Shown here piece by piece: positions 20,287 through 31,318 of a stretch of 64,000 nt of DNA. The stretch is from an uncultured bacterium (GTDB taxonomy: Bacteria; Zixibacteria; MSB-5A5; CAIYYT01). The stretch lies in assembly GCA_963726455.1 (NCBI GenBank), contig CAVSCK010000003.1:288001-352000 (forward strand). The letters run 5' to 3'. Within the stretch, counting starts at the first letter, position 1, and each line of letters starts with the position of its first letter. The notes below the pieces were generated by a model. That model did not search any database. It was given only the letters and a program-made list of their open reading frames with translations, and was not told the origin of the DNA. Position numbers and translations under genes: made by a program.

Positions 20287-21120
20287 ATGCCGAAAATAGC
20301 ACTGGTATTGATGATTATGACTTTCATGGCCGTCCCGGCTTTTGCACAGACTGACAGCGATCAGCGTCAAGAAGAGGGAGTTAAGAGAATCTACACGTAC
20401 GACGACATGCCACCCCGGCAACTCATCGACTGCCCGACAGCGGCGACTCTGCCCCGGGCGAGTTTCGACATCAGAATCAGAACGCTGTCCAACGGCGGTC
20501 TGGTCGCCCAGACCAATATCGGTTTACATCGCAAATTCATGCTGGGCGTGTCGTACGGTGGTGAGCAGATCCTCGGCGAAGGCAAGGCGCACGGACAAGG
20601 CAACGTCGCATTTCAGGTGAGATATCAGGCCATATCGGAGACGACCGTACTCCCTGCTATTGCCGTTGGTTACGACGGCCAGGGCTACGGGCGGTATTTC
20701 TCCGACTTGAAACGCTTCATGTACAAATCGAAAGGATTCTACCTCGTTGCCTCCAAGGGTTATCAAACCTATCAGTGGTCATCGGGACTGCACGCCGGTG
20801 TCAACTACTCGCTGGAAAACGAAGTCGACAAGGACGATGAGGCCACCTTCTTCTTTGGCGGCGACCTGTCTTTGCAGAACGATCTTTCGATCGTAGCCGA
20901 ATATGACCTGGCACTCAACGACAATAAGTACGACAAGAACAATATCAATCCGGTAACAGAGCACTCGGGCAAGGGTTGGGGATATTTCAACGTCGGTTTG
21001 CGCTGGATATTTTCCGAACGGCTGGAACTCGGAATCGATTTCGAGAACCTGTTCGAAAATCGCGCCGATGTCAACACCTTCACCCGGGGCCTGCGCATAA
21101 CATATCTGGAGTTCTTCTAG
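20287..21120 (+). CDS. YjbH-like outer-membrane beta-barrel protein
   Basis: Signal peptide at MPKIALV after GAGGAG, LIDCPTAATL, alternating beta strands, terminal F. Confidence 0.65.
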   Translation: MPKIALVLMIMTFMAVPAFAQTDSDQRQEEGVKRIYTYDDMPPRQLIDCPTAATLPRASFDIRIRTLSNGGLVAQTNIGLHRKFMLGVSYGGEQILGEGKAHGQGNVAFQVRYQAISETTVLPAIAVGYDGQGYGRYFSDLKRFMYKSKGFYLVASKGYQTYQWSSGLHAGVNYSLENEVDKDDEATFFFGGDLSLQNDLSIVAEYDLALNDNKYDKNNINPVTEHSGKGWGYFNVGLRWIFSERLELGIDFENLFENRADVNTFTRGLRITYLEFF

Positions 21121-21142
21121 ACTCAGACTGTGAGGTAATCCT

Positions 21143-21700
21143 GTGGTTAAGAAATTGATTATGATTGCGGCAATCCTGTTCGGCGTCATCATTACCACGC
21201 ACGGCTGCTACACGATCATCAAGCATCCGTCGGTGATGCAGGCCGACAACAACAGCGGCGCAGACGAGTCCCACGCCGGCGGGAATCGCGATTGCGTCAG
21301 TTGCCACCAGGATTATCATCAATATCCGTATGGCTACTACTACGGTTATTACCCCGATTATTACTGGAGCAATCAACGCTGGGGTGAATACTACGCCTAC
21401 CCCTGGTGGTGGGACTACTACTATTCCAACGGCGGCAGCAGCTCCGGCAACGTCGAACAAGGCGAGAAGCCGCCGATACGTCGCGGGATGGAACCACCGT
21501 ACGCGCTTCCAGGTCCGCCACCGATTCTGACTGACTCCCTTCCGCCTCCGATCATCAGTCCCGGTCCCTCGACGCCACCGGTCATCATCAATCCGGGTGG
21601 TTCTTCTACCGGCGGAACCGTGACGAATCCCCCCGAACCACCGAAAGAGTCGCCCAAAGTCGAAGACAAGAAACCGCCCAAGCGCCGTGGCGGGAATTGA
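21143..21700 (+). CDS. Putative lipoprotein with single CxxCH, Tyr/Trp-rich and Pro-rich segments
   Basis: Lipobox-like THGC; DCVSCHQD; YPYGYYYGYYPDYYW; Pro-rich tail. Confidence 0.7.
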   Translation: MVKKLIMIAAILFGVIITTHGCYTIIKHPSVMQADNNSGADESHAGGNRDCVSCHQDYHQYPYGYYYGYYPDYYWSNQRWGEYYAYPWWWDYYYSNGGSSSGNVEQGEKPPIRRGMEPPYALPGPPPILTDSLPPPIISPGPSTPPVIINPGGSSTGGTVTNPPEPPKESPKVEDKKPPKRRGGN

Positions 21701-21709
21701 GGTAAATTC

Positions 21710-22960
21710 ATGCGACAGTCCCGAATTTTCCTAATCATTCCCCTGCTCATTTTCCTGTGTCCTGTTCTGCTGTTGGCTCAAAGCGATACCGGCGACGTAA
21801 TTAGCGAATCCTCGGCTGACAATACCTTCGGCGTCGGCGCCCACAATGTGGCGATGGGCGAGGCGGTTACCGCTTCGGTGCAGGACGGCACGTCACTGAT
21901 TTACAACCCGGCTGGACTGGCACGCATCACGCGCCCGGAATTCTTCATGTCGTTGTCGAACGAAAAAGTCGACAACAATACCAGCGGAGTCCTGACTGAC
22001 GCGCTCAAACAATTTCGCCAAGACTCGGTTTCAATTCACTTACGCTGTCGGTTCCCGTCCCCACCTATCGCGGATCATTCGTACTCGCCTTTGGCGTTAA
22101 CCGCGTCAAGTCTTTTGATCGGACATTTACTTTCGACCGAGGCGGATTCAATTACGAGGAACACGCGCTGGAGACCGGTATGGGCGGTCTTAATGAGTGG
22201 TCGGCTGGCGGCGCCATCGAGTTGTCGCCCAAAATGGCGGTCGGTCTGGCTCTGATCTATTATCACGGCAACGAAGATTATCTCTGGCAATATTCCGTGC
22301 AAGATCTGGGTCCGGTTACGAGGAACGACGATAATATCCAAAGTCATTACTCCGGCGTCGGTCTCCGGCTGGGCATGTTGGTTGAAGCCAACCGCTTTCT
22401 GACTTTCGGTTTTTCGCTCGATTCACCGACGCGATTCAACATCTCGCAGGAGTACACACAGGTTACCTCTGGTAGCGGCGTACCCGATGAAGTCGTCGGC
22501 TCGTATGAATACAAATTGCAGCAACCGTTCATCCTCAATGCCGGGGCGGCGTTTCGATCTGAACAACCTGAGTGTCGAGGGTGACGTCGGCTATACTGAC
22601 TGGTCGCAGTTGGAATATAAGAACGCGGCCGACAAGGCGAATAACCAGATACTGCAAAAGTATTACACTGACGCGCTGCAATTCCGCTTCGGCGGCGAAT
22701 ATGTGCTCGCAAACTTGGGTGCGGTCCTGCGCGCAGGTTTCAAACATGATCCCCTGCCGACTTCGGGGAATTTTGTAGTGAGCCAGATCGAACGGAACCG
22801 CAATTCGTTTTCGTTCGGCGCCGGTTTCCTGATCGACCGGGTTGTCATGCTCGACGTAGCTTACGCGCGCGCCAGCTATAAGATATATGACGGGAAGAGA
22901 CTGCTGACGGAGGACTTCACTTCCGATCGTGTCTACCTGTCGGTCGGCTACCGCATCTGA
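21710..22960 (+). CDS. FadL/OmpP1-like outer-membrane protein, frameshifted
   Basis: GVGAHNVAMGEA...D..SLIYNPAGLA N-terminal hatch motif; YTDWSQL, LRAGF, C-terminal SVGYRI. Spread over three ORFs. Confidence 0.8.
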
Positions 22961-22984
22961 CGAAGTCTGGCCCCCAAGACAAGA

Positions 22985-23015
22985 GTGCCGTCAGGAAGGA
23001 TTCCTGACGGCGCAC
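22985..23015. repeat. REP palindrome gtgccgtcaggaaggattcctgacggcgcac between convergent genes
   Basis: The same family occurs near 2967, 48713, 52109, 60806 and 60966. Confidence 0.8.
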
Positions 23016-23038
23016 TTATTTCATCGATATTTGAAAAT

Positions 23039-23785
23039 CTACTTGTCGGGGAAGAACCGTCCCCAGCGCGCGAAGATGTCGTCCAGATAATCCCCCATAT
23101 ATTTCATCACCTTCTGCGCATAGACTTTGCCCTTGGCGACATCAAAATCGGGCTCACCTTTGCCGTCTTTATCGTAGATCAGCACCGATCCCGGCACCGG
23201 CACCACATCCGCGCCGCTGCACATCGTGTAGGCCAGTTGCGAATCGTAGCGATCTTTGACGCCGTACTTCGGGTCAATTGCCATCACGAATCCAGTTTCG
23301 TCGCGCCCGGCATGTCCACCCGGACCGCCGTAGACTTCCGCTGTGATGTCAGCACACAATTCCCACCAGTGCAGGATGGCAACCTTCAATCCAAAATTGA
23401 AGAACGCATCATACGCGGCCTCTTTCAGCATCGCGTTGTTGCCGCCGTGGCCGTTGACGATCACCACGCGGCGAAATTGCTTGTCGTGTAGCGATTGCAG
23501 AATATCGTAGATGTAGTTCTTGAAATGTTCCGGCTTGATCGTAATCGAACCCGCGTAGCCATAAAGCGAGCGCGTGATCCCATAGTTCACGCACGGCGCT
23601 ACAATGGCATTGAATCTTTCCGCGAGATAGTCACCGATGGCAGTGGGAATGATATTGTCGGTTCCGATCGCCGCTGAGCCGTGCGCCTCGACCGTTCCGA
23701 CGGGAAGAAAGATCAGATTGCATTTCGCCGGAACAACTTCCTGCACCTGCTGCCAGATCATCTCCTGCAGCCGATACCAGGTCAT
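23039..23785 (-). CDS. Creatininase family protein
   Basis: LPVGTVEAHG...GTD, IVNGHGGN, GHAG..ET. Confidence 0.93.
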   Translation of the reverse strand: MTWYRLQEMIWQQVQEVVPAKCNLIFLPVGTVEAHGSAAIGTDNIIPTAIGDYLAERFNAIVAPCVNYGITRSLYGYAGSITIKPEHFKNYIYDILQSLHDKQFRRVVIVNGHGGNNAMLKEAAYDAFFNFGLKVAILHWWELCADITAEVYGGPGGHAGRDETGFVMAIDPKYGVKDRYDSQLAYTMCSGADVVPVPGSVLIYDKDGKGEPDFDVAKGKVYAQKVMKYMGDYLDDIFARWGRFFPDK

Positions 23786-24555
23786 TCGGTTTCCTCGCGC
23801 TGGAACTTTTCGATCAGAGTGTTTAGTACACCCTCAGTGCGCTTGGCCGAGGATTCGTCACCAATGATGCGAAACGCGTTGATATCGCGCACGAGGTATT
23901 CTAGATCCTCCGGCTGGCACAGGTCGTACCAGAGTTCCAGTTCTTCCCAATTCAGGTCGTCTTCACGGGCGACTTCGACGATGCGCGAATAGATTGATTC
24001 GTCCTCCGACCAGTTGATCCGGGTGAACAACTGCGAGATGAACTTGCGCATTCCGATCAAGTAGAAGCTTCCTTCCAGCGTAGGGCCGAAGGCGATGTCT
24101 TTCTTCTTCAGAATCTTATGCGCCGCTTCAAGCATGCGATGGCTGATCGTCGGCGTCACGCAATCGATCAACAATACGTGGCCATACCCGCCGTCAAAGC
24201 ACTTGCGGAAAGTCTCCTGCAACGACGCCGAGAGTCCGCCTTCCGACTGCTCCCAGACCTGAATCGCATTTTGTTCGATTCGCGTCTTGGCCTTGCCCTT
24301 GAGCGACAGCTTCAATTCCGCGATCGCGCCGGCGACAATCTTTTCCGCCTCACCGGCGGACGCCGATATGATTATATCAAAGGAATCAAGGGTCAGGCAG
24401 GCAGTTATGGTATCCTCGAGAAAAGCGCGGTACAACGCGTCGGCATCGCTACTCTCTAGGGTATCGGAAAACTGCGATTGGACGAGTTGCCGATGCTTCT
24501 CTTCGAGAAATATTACCAGGACATTTCTGGTGCAGTCACAAGATTTCGTTGCCAT
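23782..24555 (-). CDS. DUF2064 / TIGR04282-like glycosyltransferase (CofC-like fold)
   Basis: ALYRAFLEDT, VLLI....P, AFGPTLEGSFYLIGM, FTRINWS, LWYDL..PEDL. Confidence 0.8.
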   Translation of the reverse strand: MATKSCDCTRNVLVIFLEEKHRQLVQSQFSDTLESSDADALYRAFLEDTITACLTLDSFDIIISASAGEAEKIVAGAIAELKLSLKGKAKTRIEQNAIQVWEQSEGGLSASLQETFRKCFDGGYGHVLLIDCVTPTISHRMLEAAHKILKKKDIAFGPTLEGSFYLIGMRKFISQLFTRINWSEDESIYSRIVEVAREDDLNWEELELWYDLCQPEDLEYLVRDINAFRIIGDESSAKRTEGVLNTLIEKFQREETE

Positions 24556-24688
24556 AGCTGGATCAGATTGTGATTAGTCATTGCTGGCGCAAATATAGGA
24601 CTTCCCCCACAAAAGACAAGCGAATTAAATCACGTACCGATGTTTTTTGAAGTAGGTGTTGACAAACTCGAATGCAGTTGTCAGAAGA

Positions 24689-26622
24689 TTAGCTGACTTT
24701 GCGCATCTCGGCGAGCATGTCCTCCGGAGTCACAACACCCTGCATGATCTTCTTCACGTTCCCGGATGAATCCAGCAGCAGAGTCGTCGGCAATGAATAG
24801 AACTTCAGCCCAAAGCGGCTCATGAAGTCTTTCGTGATCGGAGACGCTGATGTTTCCAGTTGCACTTTGATCGGATAAAAGCGTTTCGCTTCCGCGACGA
24901 TGGCGTCATGGCGAAATGTCGTCTTGTCCAGCACGCGACAGTTGACGCACCAGGTCGCCCAAGTATCAATCAACACCGGCTTGCCGGCACTGCGCGCTTC
25001 CTGCAATCCCTTTTCCAGATCGGTCTTCCAACCAATCGGACTCGCTTCAACTTCGGTTGTCTGCCCGCTTCCCGCCGGCAACCATTCCGACACCGGCGGC
25101 AGGATCAGTCCCGATCGCACCAGTGCGCCCAGTATCAAGATAAGTCGCCACAATCACTGCGAGAATGCCGAGAAATTTCTTTAGTCGTGGGAAAAACTTC
25201 GAATCGGGCGTCAGCTTGTCCAGATCCGCCCCAGAAAACAGCAAACGCGACCAGAATCAGACCGGCCGCTATGGCAGTGATCGACGGCGACAAAATCGTC
25301 CGCAGGAAATAGACCGCCATCAACAACAGCACGAATCCGAAAAACTGTTTTACCGATTCCATCCACATGCCCGAACCGGGCAGCGTGTTGATCGCCGACG
25401 AAAACGTTCCGACGATGACATAGAGCGTTCCCAAGTCCGAGTGCGAACACGAACAGCACTAGGAACCCGATCAATTGGCGATCCACTGGTCGCGATATAC
25501 AAGCAGAATTCCTGCGACGAACGGTCCGACGCAGGGCGACACTACCAGCGCCGCCACCAACACCCAGTATGATTGATCCGCCGATTCCTCCGCCGGATGC
25601 CGTCGCGCCCAGACGTCTGACGCAACCACATCGGCACCTGCAGTTCATAGAGTCCGAACATCGACAACGAGAAGATCACGAAGATCACCGCGATACCGAT
25701 GACCACCGGCGTACTTGCCAGCCACGCGCCGAACACGCCGCCGACCAGGTGCCACAATCAGTCCCATGATTCCATACACGACCGCCATCGAGCCGACATA
25801 GAACAACGACAGCACGAATCCCTTGCCGACGCTGCGCTGCTGTCCCGCGAAAATGCTGACGGTAATCGGAATCATCGGATAGGTGCAGGGCGAGAATGAG
25901 AGCAACAGCCCGGTCACAAACGCCAGTCCCAGCGCCATGAAATATCCCCAGAAACCGTACTTGCTGATCAATCGCTGCAGATCGTTTTGTTCGACACTTG
26001 CGGCAGCCGGTTCACCGGCCGGCTTCGCTTCCGGCTTGGCGGCGGCAAAGACTTCGCTGTTGGCAGCAACACCTTCGACGCCCACCGGTACCTTTAGCTG
26101 CATGTCAATCGTCTGAGGAGCGCGGCATTCTTTATTGTTGCACGGCTGATACGTGAACCTCACCGGCATGACGTATACTCGCCATTCGCAACACCGGCGC
26201 CAACGGCAACGTCAAAGAGCATCACTGCGCTGACCGCTATAGACCGACATCATCTCGTTGATCAGCGAGATTTCCTCGCCGCTCGGATAGGTGATCTTTC
26301 CGGGAGTCAGTTGCGCGGTAGTATCGAATTCCAGTTTCGCTGGAATCAGAAAATCCTGTCGTGGACGCGCTGAATTGATGTGCCAGCCCGCAAGTATATC
26401 AACCACGACCGCCGCGCGATAGGTTGCTCCTGCCTTCGCCGATGTCATCGACAACAGTGGCTTGGCCGTCACCAGTTGTTGATCCGGTTGTTGCCCGGCC
26501 ATACCGCTAAAGGCATCAAATTGCGCAGGAGCAGTCGCCGCCAGCACGACGGCTAGCAGAAGAGCGAGGGCAGTATGTGCGCGGAGATTAATGAGAATTG
26601 ACGAATGCAGGCGATTATTCAT
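24689..26622 (-). CDS. dsbD: Protein-disulfide reductase DsbD, frameshifted
   Basis: N-domain GWHINS and YQPCNNKECRAP; TM domain SFSPCTYPMIPIT, VSPCVGP, PGSGMWM; thioredoxin domain WATWCVNC. Confidence 0.9.
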
Positions 26623-26663
26623 ACACTGAGTGATACAATAGCAAATTGTGATGGGATCGCAAG

Positions 26664-27676
26664 TTACTTCTCGGCTGAGACGATCAATTTTGGCGGCCGA
26701 GGGCAGTCACCAGCTTTCTCGAAATCAACGTTCTTGGCAATCTCGCTGGCGAGTGCTTCGGCAAAATGCTTGACGAAAATCTGACGGACGTCGACCTGCC
26801 GGGAATCTTTCAGGCGCGCCGGTTCGTGCCCGGTGTTGTCCGTAAACGGCTCCTGCAGCTTTTCGAGATAGACTTTGGTCTTCTCGGACTTCCGTCGCGG
26901 TTGCATTTTCTTGAGTTTGTCCAGAGTAATCTTGGATGTGCCGATTTCTTCAACCTGCAATTTGCCCGACGTTGACCCCGAGATCACGGGACGCGCCGGC
27001 TTTGCTGCCGCCGGGGGCTCACCCTTCATTTCGCGGATAAACCAGTCATAGTCGTGCGGGGATTCAACTTCAACTTTCTCCTCCGCCTGAACCGACTCCA
27101 GATCATACTGATCTTCGGCAAGATCAAGACTTGTCCAGTCGCGGCGGCTCTTCGGTCAGACTCATTGTCCGTTGCTGTCGACAGCATGCTGAGAAAAATC
27201 TTATCGGTTGCGTCCGAAATCTTCTTCTCGAAACTCTTGGCGTCATCGCTCAAGAATACTTTCGATATCCAGCTCTTCTGCCGGCTGTTGCCGGTTTCGG
27301 ACTCGCCAAGTCTTGCAGTATTCTTGTCGATCCGGTTCAGCAGTTCCTGCGGCGAAAACGGTTTGTTCAGCGTATCGCTTGGCGCCAGATCGAATAGTTC
27401 CTGCGTGTCGACCAGTTCCGAACTGCCCAGTAGCATCAGTACCGGCAACTTCTCTTTGGCGCGGTCCTGCCGCAATTCGCGAATGATGAACTGACCGTTA
27501 ACATTCTGCGTAGTCGTGGCAATGACCGCCAGATCGTATTCGGCGCGCTTCAACTCTTCCAGCGCCTTGAGTTCCATCTTGAAACAGGCGACCTCATACC
27601 CGTGCTCGACCAGCAGTTTGCGGCAGACGGATATGATCGTCTCGGAACCGTCCGCCACCAGTATTCGTTTGCCCAA
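26664..27676 (-). CDS. Response-regulator receiver domain protein with long acidic/low-complexity C-terminus, frameshifted
   Basis: KRILVADGSET, YDLAVI, LPVLML, LNKPFSPQEL. The phosphoacceptor Asp appears absent. Confidence 0.7.
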
Positions 27677-27678
27677 TG

Positions 27679-28531
27679 TCAGTCCTTCTTGTCTGAGAGA
27701 TGCTTGGCTGCGTTCTCCAGCACTTTCTTTTCTTTCTCGGAGAGGTTGTCGTAACCTCCCACTTCATTTATTCGGTCGAGTACGCGATCAACTTCATCCA
27801 TAATTTCGATTCGAGCGGTCGATGCTGTTTTCCTGCACTCTGCACCCGACGCTTGAAATCGCCACCTGTCTTAAACGGTCGCAGCAGGAACGACAAACCG
27901 CCAGTCCTGCTTGAGATAAAGATAGCCGATCGCGGCGCCGCCAAGATGGGTAAAATGCGCAATGCCGGTCTGCGACTGACTCCAGGCCGCAAATACACCC
28001 AGCCCGATCATCACCATCACCAGATATTTGACTTTTACCGGAAACAGGAACCAGATGTATACGATTCGATTCGGATAAAGCACCGCGAATGCCACCAGCA
28101 CCGCGAAAATCGCACCCGAAGCGCCGATCGTCGGAACATGGCTGTTGAGCGTCAGCAGGAACGTGATTATGCCCGGCGCCGATGCCGGTCAGATGAAATA
28201 GAACTTGAGAAATTCCCTCGTTCCCCACTGCCGTTCCAGATCGGTGCCGAACATCCAGAGAGTGAGCATGTTGAAGAAGATGTGGAAGAAGCCGCCATGC
28301 AGGAACATGTAAGTCAGCGGCTGCCAGAGAGTGAGCCTGTGAACAATGTCGTAGGGCACCAACCCGAAAAGTCGCGCGCCAATCCGGCAACTGGCATCGC
28401 CATCTGAAGGATGATAGATCAGGGTGTTCGCCACCAGCAGGATACATGATGCCCGGCGTGATTCCCTGCTGCATCCCGAAGGATGACCAACTGCTATTGT
28501 AAGATTGCTGATTTCGATACATGTGCGCCAT
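27679..28531 (-). CDS. Rhomboid intramembrane protease, frameshifted
   Basis: WQPLTYMFLHGGFFHIFFNM, IGASGA, IAHFTHLGGA; C-terminal LDRINEVGGYDNLSEKEK. Confidence 0.9.
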
Positions 28532-28740
28532 CTATAAGTAATATCGGAAGACCAACGCAAACATTATAAGCATCTATGGCACGCTTTAGCAAGAAAGAAG
28601 CAAGATTATTGTGGAGGAAGAGCTTAACTCGCGCCTCAGAAGCCCGCCGGAATACTCAATTCTCGTCTTTGCGAGGAGTGTGGGGTGTTTGTGGGATGCG
28701 ATGGCAACTGACGAAGCATCTCGATTCGCACTGTCGAAAA

Positions 28741-29160
28741 TCACCGAATCTTCGGCAATTCCTTGTCGATACAACGATCCTGCAGCACCACCAGTCCCGC
28801 CGCGCTGCGCGCGCAGGCTCCGGCGTCATTTACGACGCCTTCCTGCAGCCAGAGCGCCTTGGCGCCGATTTTGATCGCCTCATCAATTATGGGATCGGTC
28901 TGATCGGAACGGCGGAAGACATCGACGATGTCAACGTCTCCGCCGATTTCGCTCAAACGTTCTTGTAGGCCTTTCGCCCCAAAATCTCGCTTTCCTGCGG
29001 ATTCACCGGAATGATCTTCGTAGCCCCGGTCGATCAGATACTGCGGCCACTCGAATGCGACGGCCGATCGGGATTGGACGACAAGCCGACCACGGCAATC
29101 CGCCGCGCCCGCCGCAGCAGGTCACTGATCTCTGACCGGTGAGGGATTTTGAAAGGCCAT
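28741..29160 (-). CDS. CoA-binding protein (YccU-like), frameshifted
   Basis: RIAVVGLSSNPDRPS, IIPVNP, VDIVDVFRRS, ALWLQEGV, LQDRCI. Confidence 0.85.
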
Positions 29161-29165
29161 CGCAA

Positions 29166-29493
29166 CTATCGCCAGAAACTTGTTGACTTTGTCCTGCAGC
29201 ATCTTCTTCGGCACGGCGCCGATCACCTGATCCTGCACCTTGCCGCCCTTGAAGAAAAGCAACGTCGGAATCGACATGACACTGTACTGCGAAGCCGTCT
29301 TGCTGTTGGAGTCAACATCCACCTTGACGACCTTCAATTTCCCGGTGTACTCGGCCGCAATTTGGTCAAGAACCGGAGCAATCATCTTGCACGGTCCGCA
29401 CCATTCCGCCCAAAAGTCTACGATAACGGGAATATCACTTTGAACTACTTCGGACGCAAAAGTGGCGTCAGAAACTGCTGTGGCATTTGACAT
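29166..29493 (-). CDS. trxA: Thioredoxin
   Basis: VDFWAEWCGPCKMIAP, VMSIPTLLFFK. The true stop is probably at 29166-29168 via one indel; as sequenced the ORF runs to 29122. Confidence 0.95.
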
Positions 29494-29537
29494 GAATCTT
29501 CTCCTCACTTTCACAATAACTCAACCTGAATGCATAG

Positions 29538-29563
29538 AACGCTATCTCATTCACTTTTGTTCC
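29538..29563 (-). promoter_or_regulatory. Putative ECF-sigma promoter GGAAC-N18-GTT upstream of trxA
   Basis: Minus strand reads GGAAC aaaagtgaatgagatagc GTT, matching the SigR/SigH-type consensus. Confidence 0.45.
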
Positions 29564-29573
29564 AGCATCAGAC

Positions 29574-31220
29574 TTACGCACGAAATTCAATCGGGATACT
29601 GCCGTACGACAACAGGTGGTCGTGGAATTCCTTTAGATTGATATCGCGCACCCTGCTGTCGGCGATAGTCATCCCGCAGTCGTAAGTATTTCCATTTTTC
29701 CGACTATGTAGCTCATTGGTTGCGTTGGCGACTGCGTGTAGCGTCTGACTTCGGCCATCGGCATTTACCCGTTCCAATCTTGGCCGTATCGACCAGCAGG
29801 CTACTGCATCATCAAAACTCATCGTGCCGGTATGCAAGCCGACATCAATCACCACCCGACAGGCGCGCCACAATTGCAGCGCCAACTGCATCAATCGCGT
29901 CTGCGCGTCGGGATAGTAACCGGTCTCGATACATCATCTCTTCGCAGTAGAGCGCCCAGCCCTCGACAAACACCGAGGTGCCGAACAGCTTGCGCACTTC
30001 GGACGCCAGCCGATTGGCGCGCTGCAATTGCAGATGATGCCCCGGATACGCCTCATGCAAAGACACGACCAACGCCTGATAACTGATTGTGTCCGCGCTT
30101 CTGCTGCTCCTGTAATTCCGCCGGTTTGTCGGAATCGATCGGAGTCACCCAGAAGAATCCTTCGTGCTCTGTATCGAACGGTGCGGCTCCCATGTATCCG
30201 GCGTACGGATAGGTCGGCCTTGCAAACGGCGGCGTATTTATGAATGTCAAATCATGTGCCCGCGGAACTGTCACCAGCTTGTGGTCGCTAAGATGCTTGC
30301 GCGCACTCTGAACGAATCCCTGATAGTAGTCCAGGAGATCATCAGTCGGCGGACTCTCGCTCTTGAGTGATTCAATTATTTCGTCCGCGCTCTTCTGCGA
30401 GTCAATTTCCTTCGCCACGAGCTCCATCTTTTTCAGCGTATCGGTAATCACTTCGCTGCCCGAGTTGGTTCAAATCTGTGCACTTATATGACAAGCCGTG
30501 CTGATGCAGCAGCAGTGCGTCAAATTGCTTCTCACCAAAAGCGTACCCATCTGTGGTACGGCTGACAATTCGCTCTCTTAAGAAATTCAGATAATCATTG
30601 CAGGCGGCCGCCGCTATTCGACATGATTCTTCCAGTTCGCGCTGTAACCGTGGCGAGATCCCGCCAAATTCGTTCCCCAATCCACCGAAGAAACCCACGC
30701 CTGATTGCGCAATTTCCTCCCCCATTTCCGCCCAGATTGCCGGAACTCCCGGCTGGTCATCGAGATTTCTTTTCGCCTCGGCAAACAGTCCCGGCACTCG
30801 GCGCAACCGCCCGGCCAGACTCGCAGCACGCAATTCTTTGGTGCGAAGTCACGTAGCACGAGCAAATAGCAGCCATACATTGCCAGTTCCAGCGGCACGC
30901 AGGGGTCGCGCTGCCACCGACAATAATCCTCCTCAAGAAGCAATTCGGATCTCAGCGCGCCGATCAAGAATGTGATGATCAAGCCACTCCTCCCCCTTCT
31001 TCGCGATTGTCGAACGCATTTCCTCGAGCTCATTTACGAATGCGCGCAGCTTGCTGCGAGCGCTCGGTGCGAAAATCAGGACTCAATGAATCCAGCAGAT
31101 GATCATACTGATGGACACCAACCGATGTAGCTACGACAGGGGATGATTCCAGATAATATCGAATAACTCGGTCAGCAGCTTTACTGAATTCCGACAAGGT
31201 TGCGTCTCCCGGTGCGCCAT
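29574..31220 (-). CDS. DUF885 family protein, heavily frameshifted
   Basis: HEAYPGHHLQ, FVEGWALYCE, LWRACRVVIDVGLH, FHDHLLSYGSIP. Confidence 0.88.
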
Positions 31221-31318
31221 ATTAGCACGTTTTTGTTTCCGCGCAATCAATTTTGCGACCGAATCCAACCCCCGTTAGCGCTTCAACTTTCGACTCTAAC
31301 GCATTTATGTACAATAAG

